NCBI GenBank assembly: GCA_963666625.1
Contig: OY762925.1
Span: 2,373,792-2,437,791 of the forward strand
Source: Arenicellales bacterium
GTDB taxonomy: Bacteria; Pseudomonadota; Gammaproteobacteria; Arenicellales; JAJDZL01
Direction of reading: 5' to 3'
Length of the DNA stretch: 64,000 nucleotides
In this document: one piece after another, positions 9,301 through 16,870 of the stretch
Layout: each line of letters starts with the position of its first letter
Position numbering within the stretch: the first letter of the stretch is position 1
Notes under the pieces: model-generated
Told to the model about the DNA's origin: nothing
Databases searched by the model: none
The model's input: the letters and a program-made list of their open reading frames with translations, nothing else
Position numbers and translations under genes: made by a program

Positions 9301-9657
9301 TCAATCAACTTCGTAATGAAAACTCAAACCAGTCAGCCAATCTGATCCTAATTGAAGCTTGATATAGATACCCTGACCTGTACGATCAGGATCTACTATG
9401 AGTTCATAGGCAACGCCTTTGTTAATATTCCGCATCTTAACTTTTTGAAGTTCGTGTCCGTCCGAAAGCAAGTTTTCTATAAATGTCCAACAGGTTGATT
9501 CGGTAAATGGACTATTTGGTCGGTCGGAATCCATAATGTCTGTCACCGAATTCGGATTCCACTTGCTTGAATAAGATGTGGCGACTTGTCCTTGTTCTAT
9601 CATCTGCAACATTTTCGTTCTGACTTTCGGATAGTTATTGCTATTGGTAACCAACAC
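9301..9657 (-). CDS. MqsR-like toxin (putative mRNA interferase)
   Basis: 118 aa. By-eye match to MqsR: YPKVRTKMLQMIEQGQV vs HTRLSQVKKLVNAGQV, and GQGIYIKLQL...GLSFHYE vs GQVYLKITV...IVSFKEK. Toxin-first order upstream of the MqsA-like gene. GTG/TTG start preceded by AGAGGGG. Confidence 0.55.
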   Translation of the reverse strand: MLVTNSNNYPKVRTKMLQMIEQGQVATSYSSKWNPNSVTDIMDSDRPNSPFTESTCWTFIENLLSDGHELQKVKMRNINKGVAYELIVDPDRTGQGIYIKLQLGSDWLTGLSFHYEVD

Positions 9658-9689
9658 AACCCCTCTATTCTTAAAGTTATCTAGAAGAA

Positions 9690-9755
9690 ATTATAATATT
9701 ATATTATTTATTTGCATTATATTGATATTGATAATAAAATTATTATAATATTATA
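9690..9755. promoter_or_regulatory. Putative operator/promoter: two identical 12-bp perfect palindromes TATAATATTATA (9692-9703, 9744-9755), centres 52 bp apart
   Basis: Directly read: the 14-nt direct repeat ATTATAATATTATA at 9690-9703 and 9742-9755 has a self-complementary core. Each core contains TATAAT on both strands. Lies 35-98 nt upstream of the mqsR-like start in an extremely AT-rich spacer. Confidence 0.5.
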
Positions 9756-10406
9756 CATTATCCATGGAGAGTCTTCAAAGAAATTTAGACAGTCCGATTT
9801 TGATTTTCACCTCATCGATCAAAGTGCTGTCCCTCAACGTTTTTTCGCGAACCCAAAGTTCTCAATCTTCTAAATTTTCTCGGAGATGGCACTAAGGCTT
9901 ACTACAACCTTCTCCTTTAAAAGAATGAGGAAATTGAAGTATTCTTCGGAGAATCCTTTCAATGGACGGGGTCGTCTGATCGAAAACTATCGAAAATTGC
10001 GTTGTTCAACAACAAATGCGATTCCGGAGATAGAACCAAATGGGTTCAGTCAACATCAATGGTTATTGAGACAATTGATAATATTTTCCGAAGCAGAGTA
10101 GAAAAACTAAACGATGGAGATTGGAAATTTGAAGATGAATCAACAGTTTGAACTTATACTAGTTGATTATGGACCAACATTAAAATTGAAACTGATAACG
10201 GTTGGACTTTGGTCATTCCGTCACCAATTCGTTTCATCAGATAAAGAACTCAAAGCCATGCAATTGCTAGTCAAGCGACTAGCAATTATTTGGGTATTCG
10301 GGGTAAGTTAGATATTCACCAGTGAACACTTGAGCAAAATGTAATGAATTTCCTCACAGTCTGTAGCAATGGCCCAACCTGCTTTCATTTTTGAGTCGAA
10401 TGTGAA

Positions 10407-11273
10407 ATGATATCCAGTATGACCGGATTCGCGAAGCGAATCGTCGAGACAGAGTGGGGGGTTGTTCAGTGGGAGGCACGCTCACTCAATCATCGCGGCT
10501 TGGATCTGTCATTCCGAATGCCGGAGAAATTTGCTTCATTGGAAGCGGACTGTCGAAGAATGCTCGCGACCAGGCTCAATCGCGGCAGAATTGAAATCAC
10601 ACTGAGATTCGATGACTCAGGCGCAATTTCTGATCTGCAGGAAGTGGACACCAACGCGTTGGACAACGTACTAAAGCATGTGGATTCGATCCAGGAACTG
10701 GCCCCTGACTCAATATCCATGTCGATCCGTGATCTTCTGAAATGGCCGGGAGTTCTCAAATCAACCGAGGTGGACAAATCTGAACTCGACGTAATCGTTC
10801 TGGACGCGTTTGACAATTTGTTGATGGAACTGGAAGATGATCGATTGCGGGAGGGTGGTGAGATTGAAACACTGCTATTTGAGAAGATCGGCGAATTGGA
10901 AATCTACGCGTATAAGTTGGATGAAATGATCGAAGCGGCTGAGGAAGCGGAGCGTGACCGATTGGCGAGAAGGTTGAAGGAGTTCGAATTCGACGTTGAC
11001 CCAGATCGGGTGGCTCAAGAAATTGCCATTGCTGTAATGAAAAGTGATGTTAGCGAAGAAATCGAGCGCTTTCGCTTGCATGCCCTTGAGTTGGAGCGCG
11101 TATTGAGTGAAGAAGATATTGCTGGCAAAAGATTGGGATTTTTACTCCAGGAACTTGGCAGGGAAGCCAATACGATCTCCTCGAAGTCAGCATATTATCC
11201 GCTCAGTACGATTATTATCGATATGAAAGTTGTGCTGGAGCAGATCCGCGAACAGATTCAGAATATTGCGTAG
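10407..11273 (+). CDS. yicC: YicC/YloC-family stress-induced protein (endoribonuclease family)
   Basis: 288 aa. Hallmark N-terminus MISSMTGFA and C-terminal ...GRLGFLLQELGREANTISSKS... motif. Conserved position upstream of gmk. Confidence 0.85.
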   Translation: MISSMTGFAKRIVETEWGVVQWEARSLNHRGLDLSFRMPEKFASLEADCRRMLATRLNRGRIEITLRFDDSGAISDLQEVDTNALDNVLKHVDSIQELAPDSISMSIRDLLKWPGVLKSTEVDKSELDVIVLDAFDNLLMELEDDRLREGGEIETLLFEKIGELEIYAYKLDEMIEAAEEAERDRLARRLKEFEFDVDPDRVAQEIAIAVMKSDVSEEIERFRLHALELERVLSEEDIAGKRLGFLLQELGREANTISSKSAYYPLSTIIIDMKVVLEQIREQIQNIA

Positions 11274-11278
11274 TTCGG

Positions 11279-11920
11279 ATGTCAGAAACTGAATCCGTTC
11301 TTTTGGTGATCTCCGCCGCATCGGGTGCCGGAAAATCCAGCCTTGCCCAAGCCCTGGTCCAAAATTCCGAACGGATTGTCCTGTCGGTGTCGCACACCAC
11401 ACGCGAAATCAGCGAGAATGAGGTTGATGGGCGTGAATATCACTTTGTGACTGAACAGGAGTTCAAGCGCATGATTAAGGCAGGTGAGTTCCTGGAGTAT
11501 GCAAAGGTATATGACAACTACTACGGTACATCTCGCGAAACAGTCATGCGGGAATTGAAATCAGGTAATAGTGTCATTCTGGAGATTGACTGGCAAGGTG
11601 CAAAGCAGGTGGAGACCAGGTTTCCGTCGGTGATCAAGGTTTTCGTACTGCCACCTTCCATTGAGGCACTTAAAGAACGTCTGATGGGTCGGGGACGTGA
11701 TTCCGACACTACCGTCGAAAGGCGCCTGGCGGCCGCGATGGACGACATGCAGCACTGCGTAGATTACGACTATCTGGTGCTGAACGATGACTTCGACGAG
11801 GCTCTCTCGAATATTCGGAATCTGTTGCCCGGAGGGTCCGGAATCGTACGTCCGATCCCGGCAAATCTGAAGGAGAAATTCAATATTGCTTTCGACGGCA
11901 CACAGCACGGTGTTGAATGA
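11279..11920 (+). CDS. gmk: Guanylate kinase
   Basis: 213 aa. P-loop ISAASGAGKSSL, SVSHTTR, and YHFV..EEF...G.FLEYA..YDNYYGT motifs of guanylate kinase. Confidence 0.95.
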   Translation: MSETESVLLVISAASGAGKSSLAQALVQNSERIVLSVSHTTREISENEVDGREYHFVTEQEFKRMIKAGEFLEYAKVYDNYYGTSRETVMRELKSGNSVILEIDWQGAKQVETRFPSVIKVFVLPPSIEALKERLMGRGRDSDTTVERRLAAAMDDMQHCVDYDYLVLNDDFDEALSNIRNLLPGGSGIVRPIPANLKEKFNIAFDGTQHGVE

Positions 11921-14739
11921 TGCGATTGTCATGGAATGAGATTCGCGTTCGAGCGGCCAGTTTCGCTGAAAAGTGGAAGGATGCTGAGTATGAGAAGGGT
12001 GAGACACAGAGTTTCTACAACGAGTTTTTCAAAGTTTTTGATGTTGAGCGAAGAACTGTAGCACGATACGAGCATCATGTCTCCAAGCTCAACAACCAGT
12101 CGGGATTTATAGACTTGTTTTGGCCTGGCATGCTGATTGTCGAGCAGAAGAGCGCAGGTCGAAATCTTGAGAAAGCGTACGAGCAAGCGGGAGAGTATTT
12201 TGATGCACTTCCAGAGCGTGAACGTCCACAATATATTCTCGTCAGCGATTTACAGACTTTCGACCTCTACGATTTGGATGAGCGAGAGAGAGTTTCCTTT
12301 TCTCTTGAAAAATTACATCAGCATGTCGAATCGTTTGGTTTCATAGTTGGTGTACAGCGGCGAAAATTTCGAGATCAGGATCCGGCAAATATCAAGGCTG
12401 CGGAATTGGTCGGAAGGTTGCATGATTTGCTCCACGAAGCAGGTTACACCGGGCATGATTTGGAAACATTTCTCGTTCGCATTGTGTTTTGTCTTTTTGC
12501 CGATGACACTGGAATCTTTGAGCCGCGAGATATCTTTCTTGAACTCGTGGAAACACGTACAAATAAAGATGGTTCTGACTTGGGATCTTGGCTGTCGCAA
12601 CTATTTCAGGTTCTGAACACGATTGAGCACGAACGGCAGTTGACGCTTGATGAGGACCTTGCAAGATTTCCCTATGTCAATGGAAAATTATTTGAAGAGC
12701 CACTGCGCATACCGGCCTTCGATTCGTCCATGCGAAGAGCGTTGTTGGAAGCGTGTTATTTCGATTGGTCGGAAATATCCCCTGCTATATTCGGTGCGTT
12801 ATTTCAGTCTGTCATGGATCCGGTGGAACGTCGTGCCCATGGAGCTCATTACACGACAGAGAAAAACATTCTGAAGGTTATTGAACCTTTGTTTCTGGAT
12901 GAACTGCGAGCAGAATTTGAACGTTTGAAGTCCCGCAAAGATTCTCGTCGCATTGTTGATATTCGCCGATTTCACAACAAACTTAGAACTTTGAGCTTTT
13001 TCGACCCTGCTTGTGGCTGCGGCAATTTTTTGATTATTGCGTATAGGGAACTGCGATTGCTTGAAATTGACATCCTGAAAGAAATTCACCCTAAATTGCA
13101 GGGTCAGATACAGCTTGATATCGATGCCACATCATTGTCAAAAATCGATGTTGATCAATTTTATGGAATTGAAATCGGCGAGTTTCCAGTGCGAATTGCG
13201 GAGACAGCATTATGGATGATGGATCACATCATGAACAACAGACTGAGTCTAGAGATCGGTCAAACCTATACGAGAATTCCGTTAAAGGCATCACCAATTA
13301 TCGTGCACGGTGATGCATTGAAAATAGATTGGGAAACCATTCTTTCGCCAGAAAAATGCTCATATCTGTTTGGAAATCCGCCATTTGTCGGTGCAAAATT
13401 GCAAACACCTGATCAACGTATTCAGGTGCGCAGAATAGCGGCACTCGGCAAGAGCGGTGGCACGCTTGATTATGTCTCAGCGTGGTTCATCAAAGCAGGA
13501 GAGTATGTGAAAGTTGGTCACGCTCGAATCGGTTTCGTTGCCACCAACTCGATTACACAAGGCGAGCAGGTTGCACAGCTATGGCCGGTTTTGTTCGAAC
13601 GTTGTAAGTTGGAGATTTCGTTCGCGCACCGTACGTTCGTATGGGGTTCGGATGCGCGTGGAAAAGCACACGTGCATGTCATTATTATTGGACTTGCACG
13701 ACGGAATTCGATCCAGCCAATCAAGCGTCTGTTCAGTTATCCCGACATCAACGGGGAACCGGAGGAGACCGAGCATATCGTTCTATCACCTTATTTGTTT
13801 GATGCCAGCAAACTTACTGATTCTCAATTGGTGGTGCAGGAAGAAAGCGCACCGATCAATGGTATGCAAAGACTGATTATCGGCTCGAAACCAATTGACG
13901 GCGGCAACTACATATTCAACGCAAAACAACGCGCTAAATTGCTGGAAAAAGAGCCTGATGCCGAGCAATTTCTCCACCCGTATGTTGGCGCTCGTGAATT
14001 CCTGCAGGGTAGTGAGCGCTGGATTCTTGCTCTTCATAATGCTCCGCCCAATGTCCTAGGACGATTGCCGCGAGTTCGAGCACGAGTAAGTGCAGTCCGC
14101 ACGTACCGTGAGGTCAGCAAGAGTATCCAGACGCGGAAACTTGCTGAAACCCCGACACTGTACCATGTAAACGTTATCCCGACTGTACCATATTTGGTTA
14201 TTCCTGAAGTTAGTTCGGAACGGCGCGAGTACGCGCCCATCGGCTGGTTAGAACCGCCAGCGATTCCTAGCAACAAGCTCCGACTTCTAGAAAATGCAAA
14301 TCTATCCGATTTCGCTTTGCTGACTTCTGCCATGCACATGGCATGGACGCGCTATATCGGTGGGCGTTTGAAAAGTGATTATTCGTATTCAGTCGGTATC
14401 AACTACAACACGTTCCCATTGCCCCCAAATGCTGATCGATCCAGACTTGAACCATATGCGCAGGCGATTCTCGATGCGAGAAACAACCATCCCGATGCAA
14501 TTCTAGCTGACCTGTATGACCCTGATCTGATGCCGCCTGGCTTGCGAAAGGTACATCAAACCCTGGACAAGGCTGTCGATCAGCTTTATCGTCGTTCAGG
14601 ATTCTCCTCGGAGCGCGAACGAATTGAACACTTGTTCCTGCTTTACGAACAAATGCGAATGCCTTTGAAATTATCAACAGACCAAAATTCGAAACGAAAA
14701 CAGGGAAGAGCCCGTCGTGTTATCAAAAAGGCATCATAA
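11917..14739 (+). CDS. MmeI-family Type IIL restriction-modification enzyme (fused nuclease / N6-adenine methyltransferase / specificity domain)
   Basis: 940 aa. N-terminal D...EXK nuclease motif (GFIDLFWPGMLIVEQKS), SAM motif I FFDPACGCGNFLI, catalytic motif IV FGNPPFVGAK. Length and domain order match MmeI-type enzymes. The ATG overlaps the gmk TGA (ATGA). Confidence 0.85.
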   Translation: MMRLSWNEIRVRAASFAEKWKDAEYEKGETQSFYNEFFKVFDVERRTVARYEHHVSKLNNQSGFIDLFWPGMLIVEQKSAGRNLEKAYEQAGEYFDALPERERPQYILVSDLQTFDLYDLDERERVSFSLEKLHQHVESFGFIVGVQRRKFRDQDPANIKAAELVGRLHDLLHEAGYTGHDLETFLVRIVFCLFADDTGIFEPRDIFLELVETRTNKDGSDLGSWLSQLFQVLNTIEHERQLTLDEDLARFPYVNGKLFEEPLRIPAFDSSMRRALLEACYFDWSEISPAIFGALFQSVMDPVERRAHGAHYTTEKNILKVIEPLFLDELRAEFERLKSRKDSRRIVDIRRFHNKLRTLSFFDPACGCGNFLIIAYRELRLLEIDILKEIHPKLQGQIQLDIDATSLSKIDVDQFYGIEIGEFPVRIAETALWMMDHIMNNRLSLEIGQTYTRIPLKASPIIVHGDALKIDWETILSPEKCSYLFGNPPFVGAKLQTPDQRIQVRRIAALGKSGGTLDYVSAWFIKAGEYVKVGHARIGFVATNSITQGEQVAQLWPVLFERCKLEISFAHRTFVWGSDARGKAHVHVIIIGLARRNSIQPIKRLFSYPDINGEPEETEHIVLSPYLFDASKLTDSQLVVQEESAPINGMQRLIIGSKPIDGGNYIFNAKQRAKLLEKEPDAEQFLHPYVGAREFLQGSERWILALHNAPPNVLGRLPRVRARVSAVRTYREVSKSIQTRKLAETPTLYHVNVIPTVPYLVIPEVSSERREYAPIGWLEPPAIPSNKLRLLENANLSDFALLTSAMHMAWTRYIGGRLKSDYSYSVGINYNTFPLPPNADRSRLEPYAQAILDARNNHPDAILADLYDPDLMPPGLRKVHQTLDKAVDQLYRRSGFSSERERIEHLFLLYEQMRMPLKLSTDQNSKRKQGRARRVIKKAS

Positions 14740-15134
14740 CTCGCTCCTGATAAGGGTTGCCGAATAAACTTGTTGTTTTGGGTTGCGATTCGACGTTATC
14801 AGCGATACTGTCCGGTTCCAGTTCGATCGTGCAAGTCCAAATTTGGCATGGCATCGTCGTGCCTGCAGTTCAATGATTTTATTTGTTGGTTGCCAGTCAT
14901 GCCTTTCGGGTATTCGGTCTCCTCTATTCCGGCGGTGAAGGCGAGTCCGGGCGTGGTTGCTTGAAAAGTTGTAAAACCGTCTCCGGCAAGGCTATTGGGA
15001 GAAGGCGAAACTCCAGTCTCCGAAGTTACTTTCCAATCAATGGCCAGCAATGTTGCTGAAGAGAACAATTACGCGCTGTATGGTGGGCAGGAACACCCGC
15101 GCAAGGGTATAGGAATACGGATATAATCGATTCC

Positions 15135-15420
15135 ATGAGTGAAGCCATTGCCTTTGATACACATCGCTTAGTCAAGCGCCTGACCGAGTGCGGTTTCAGC
15201 GAGAAGCAGGCCGAGACCCTGGCGGAGGAGCATTTCGCCCCTCTTAACACTAACCTTGCGACCAAGACGGATACTTTGGAGGTCAAGGCCGAAGTTGAGG
15301 GGGCTGCGTCAGGAGACCAAGACTGAGATTGAAGGGGTGAAGGCCGATATTCTCAAGTGGATATTCGGTGCGTTGATCGCTCAGGGCGGTCTGATTGTCG
15401 CGTTGATCAAGCTGCTTTAA
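15135..15420 (+). pseudogene. DUF1640-family coiled-coil/membrane-anchored protein, interrupted by a +1 frameshift in a G5 run
   Basis: N-terminal frame: MSEAIAFDTHRLVKRLTECGFSEKQAETLAEEH... stops at 15324-15326. The C-terminal part continues in the +1 frame: LRQETKTEIEGVKADILKWIFGALIAQGGLIVALIKLL* (stop 15418-15420). The frames join if one G of GGGGG (15299-15303) is removed. Confidence 0.6.
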
Positions 15421-15549
15421 ATTCAACTTGGGCTGGCAAAATACAGATTGTCAGTTTCAATGCAACGTAAAGTCGCAATCTGCAGAAAGATAGTTTCATA
15501 GCATCACTGTAATCTACCGAACGACTGGCAAAGGTTCCGGCTGTGTTTG

Positions 15550-16746
15550 TCAAATGATGTTCTGCTCCGAGTATTTCGAGTTGCTGAGCACCCTCTCGTA
15601 ACCCAGATTGGTCAGATCAATCGACACATATCGACCGTAGATCATCAGTTCTGAAATGGCCCGTCCGACTGCCGGTGCCTGCTGCACGCCGTGACCGCTG
15701 AATCCGGTCGCGATGAAATAGTTCGAAATTTCAGGATGGCTGCCAACGATTCCGTTCTGGTCGAGTGTGTTGTAGTCGTAATGCCCGGCCCATGCCCGGT
15801 TCAGACGAATCGCTTCGAACCGGGGAATTCGATGAGCCAGCAACGGCCAGAGGATATCGTCGAATATTTCATAGTCGACCTCCAAGGAATGATCATCTGG
15901 GTCAGGGTCGCTTTTCGACGGAGTCCATCCGCAAAGATAGCCGTCACCTTCCGGTCGCACATAGAATCCTGCCGGGTCTACTAAAAGAGGGAGATTGTCA
16001 ATTGGGTTAGCAGACTTGAATGAAAAGACACATCGCTTCTTCGGAGAAACCGGCAGAGCAATGCCTGACAGCTTGGCGAATCTGCCCGATGCGGCACCGG
16101 CCGCATTGACGACCGAACCGCAAGCGACATTGGTACCGGATGCCAGTTCAACTTTGTTGACAAGATTATTCCGTTGCCGGACCGCTACCGCTTCATCTTC
16201 AATGTAAAGTACTCCCAATGAGAGACATTTGTTCTTCAGCGCGATCAGCATACTATAGGGGTCAAACCAGCCCTCATTGCCGGACCCCTGACAACCGGCG
16301 GCGATACCATGGGAATTCAGCCATGGAAACTTCCGCGAAATGGCTTCTCCATCCAGGAATTCTACAGGCGCGCGACATTCCAGTTGAACCTTGTGTGCAG
16401 ACTTCAGTTGCCCGAGTCCTTCATGGGTGGCCAGAATAAGGTATGACGATTCAATCAGGTTGACATCCGGAACTGTGTCACGAACTTGCAACTCGGTTCC
16501 GGCGTTTTGGAGAAATTCAAAACTGTACTGAGAAATTTTGATGTTTTCCGATGTGGAAAACTGCTGACGAATCGAGCCCAGTGATCGTGCGGTCGATCCA
16601 TTGCTGTAAGTCGAGTCTTTCTCGATTACGGCAATCGACTCTTCAAAGTCTGGATTTGAGGAGAGGAAGTATGCGATCGCGCTTCCAATGATTCCTCCTC
16701 CGACTATCACAACGTCGTAACTCGTAGAATGTCGGAAACCAGTCAT
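15550..16746 (-). CDS. FAD-dependent oxidoreductase (DAO / sarcosine-oxidase-beta-like family)
   Basis: 398 aa. N-terminal dinucleotide fold YDVVIVGGGIIGSAIAYFL. C-terminal ...ATGFSGHGVQQAPAVGR... is typical of the DAO family. Confidence 0.85.
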   Translation of the reverse strand: MTGFRHSTSYDVVIVGGGIIGSAIAYFLSSNPDFEESIAVIEKDSTYSNGSTARSLGSIRQQFSTSENIKISQYSFEFLQNAGTELQVRDTVPDVNLIESSYLILATHEGLGQLKSAHKVQLECRAPVEFLDGEAISRKFPWLNSHGIAAGCQGSGNEGWFDPYSMLIALKNKCLSLGVLYIEDEAVAVRQRNNLVNKVELASGTNVACGSVVNAAGAASGRFAKLSGIALPVSPKKRCVFSFKSANPIDNLPLLVDPAGFYVRPEGDGYLCGWTPSKSDPDPDDHSLEVDYEIFDDILWPLLAHRIPRFEAIRLNRAWAGHYDYNTLDQNGIVGSHPEISNYFIATGFSGHGVQQAPAVGRAISELMIYGRYVSIDLTNLGYERVLSNSKYSEQNII

Positions 16747-16870
16747 TTCGAGGCCAATCCGATTGAATTTTTAAGATATGGAAACATTAACCGATTCTTA
16801 ACTGCCCCATCTTTCCAGAGGATTATCGTATTTACCCAATTACTTGACTACTAATGGATAGGAGTCCTTT

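Noticed and set aside
9886-10311. Two small plus-strand ORFs (71 and 65 aa) in the AT-rich spacer upstream of yicC
   Set aside because: They have no SD and no recognisable motifs, and they show AT-rich codon bias consistent with random ORFs or decayed sequence. They are treated as non-coding or debris.
11917-14739. BREX PglX methyltransferase instead of a Type IIL enzyme
   Set aside because: The N-terminal D...EXK nuclease motif is present, the size (~940 aa) fits MmeI rather than the larger PglX, and no brxA/B/C/pglZ/brxL genes are nearby.
14770-15068. 64-aa (+) and 89-aa (-) ORFs between the MmeI-like gene and the DUF1640 gene; also checked here for a displaced rpoZ
   Set aside because: Neither translation resembles RpoZ or any family I recognise. 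The two overlap each other antisense, and neither has a convincing start context.
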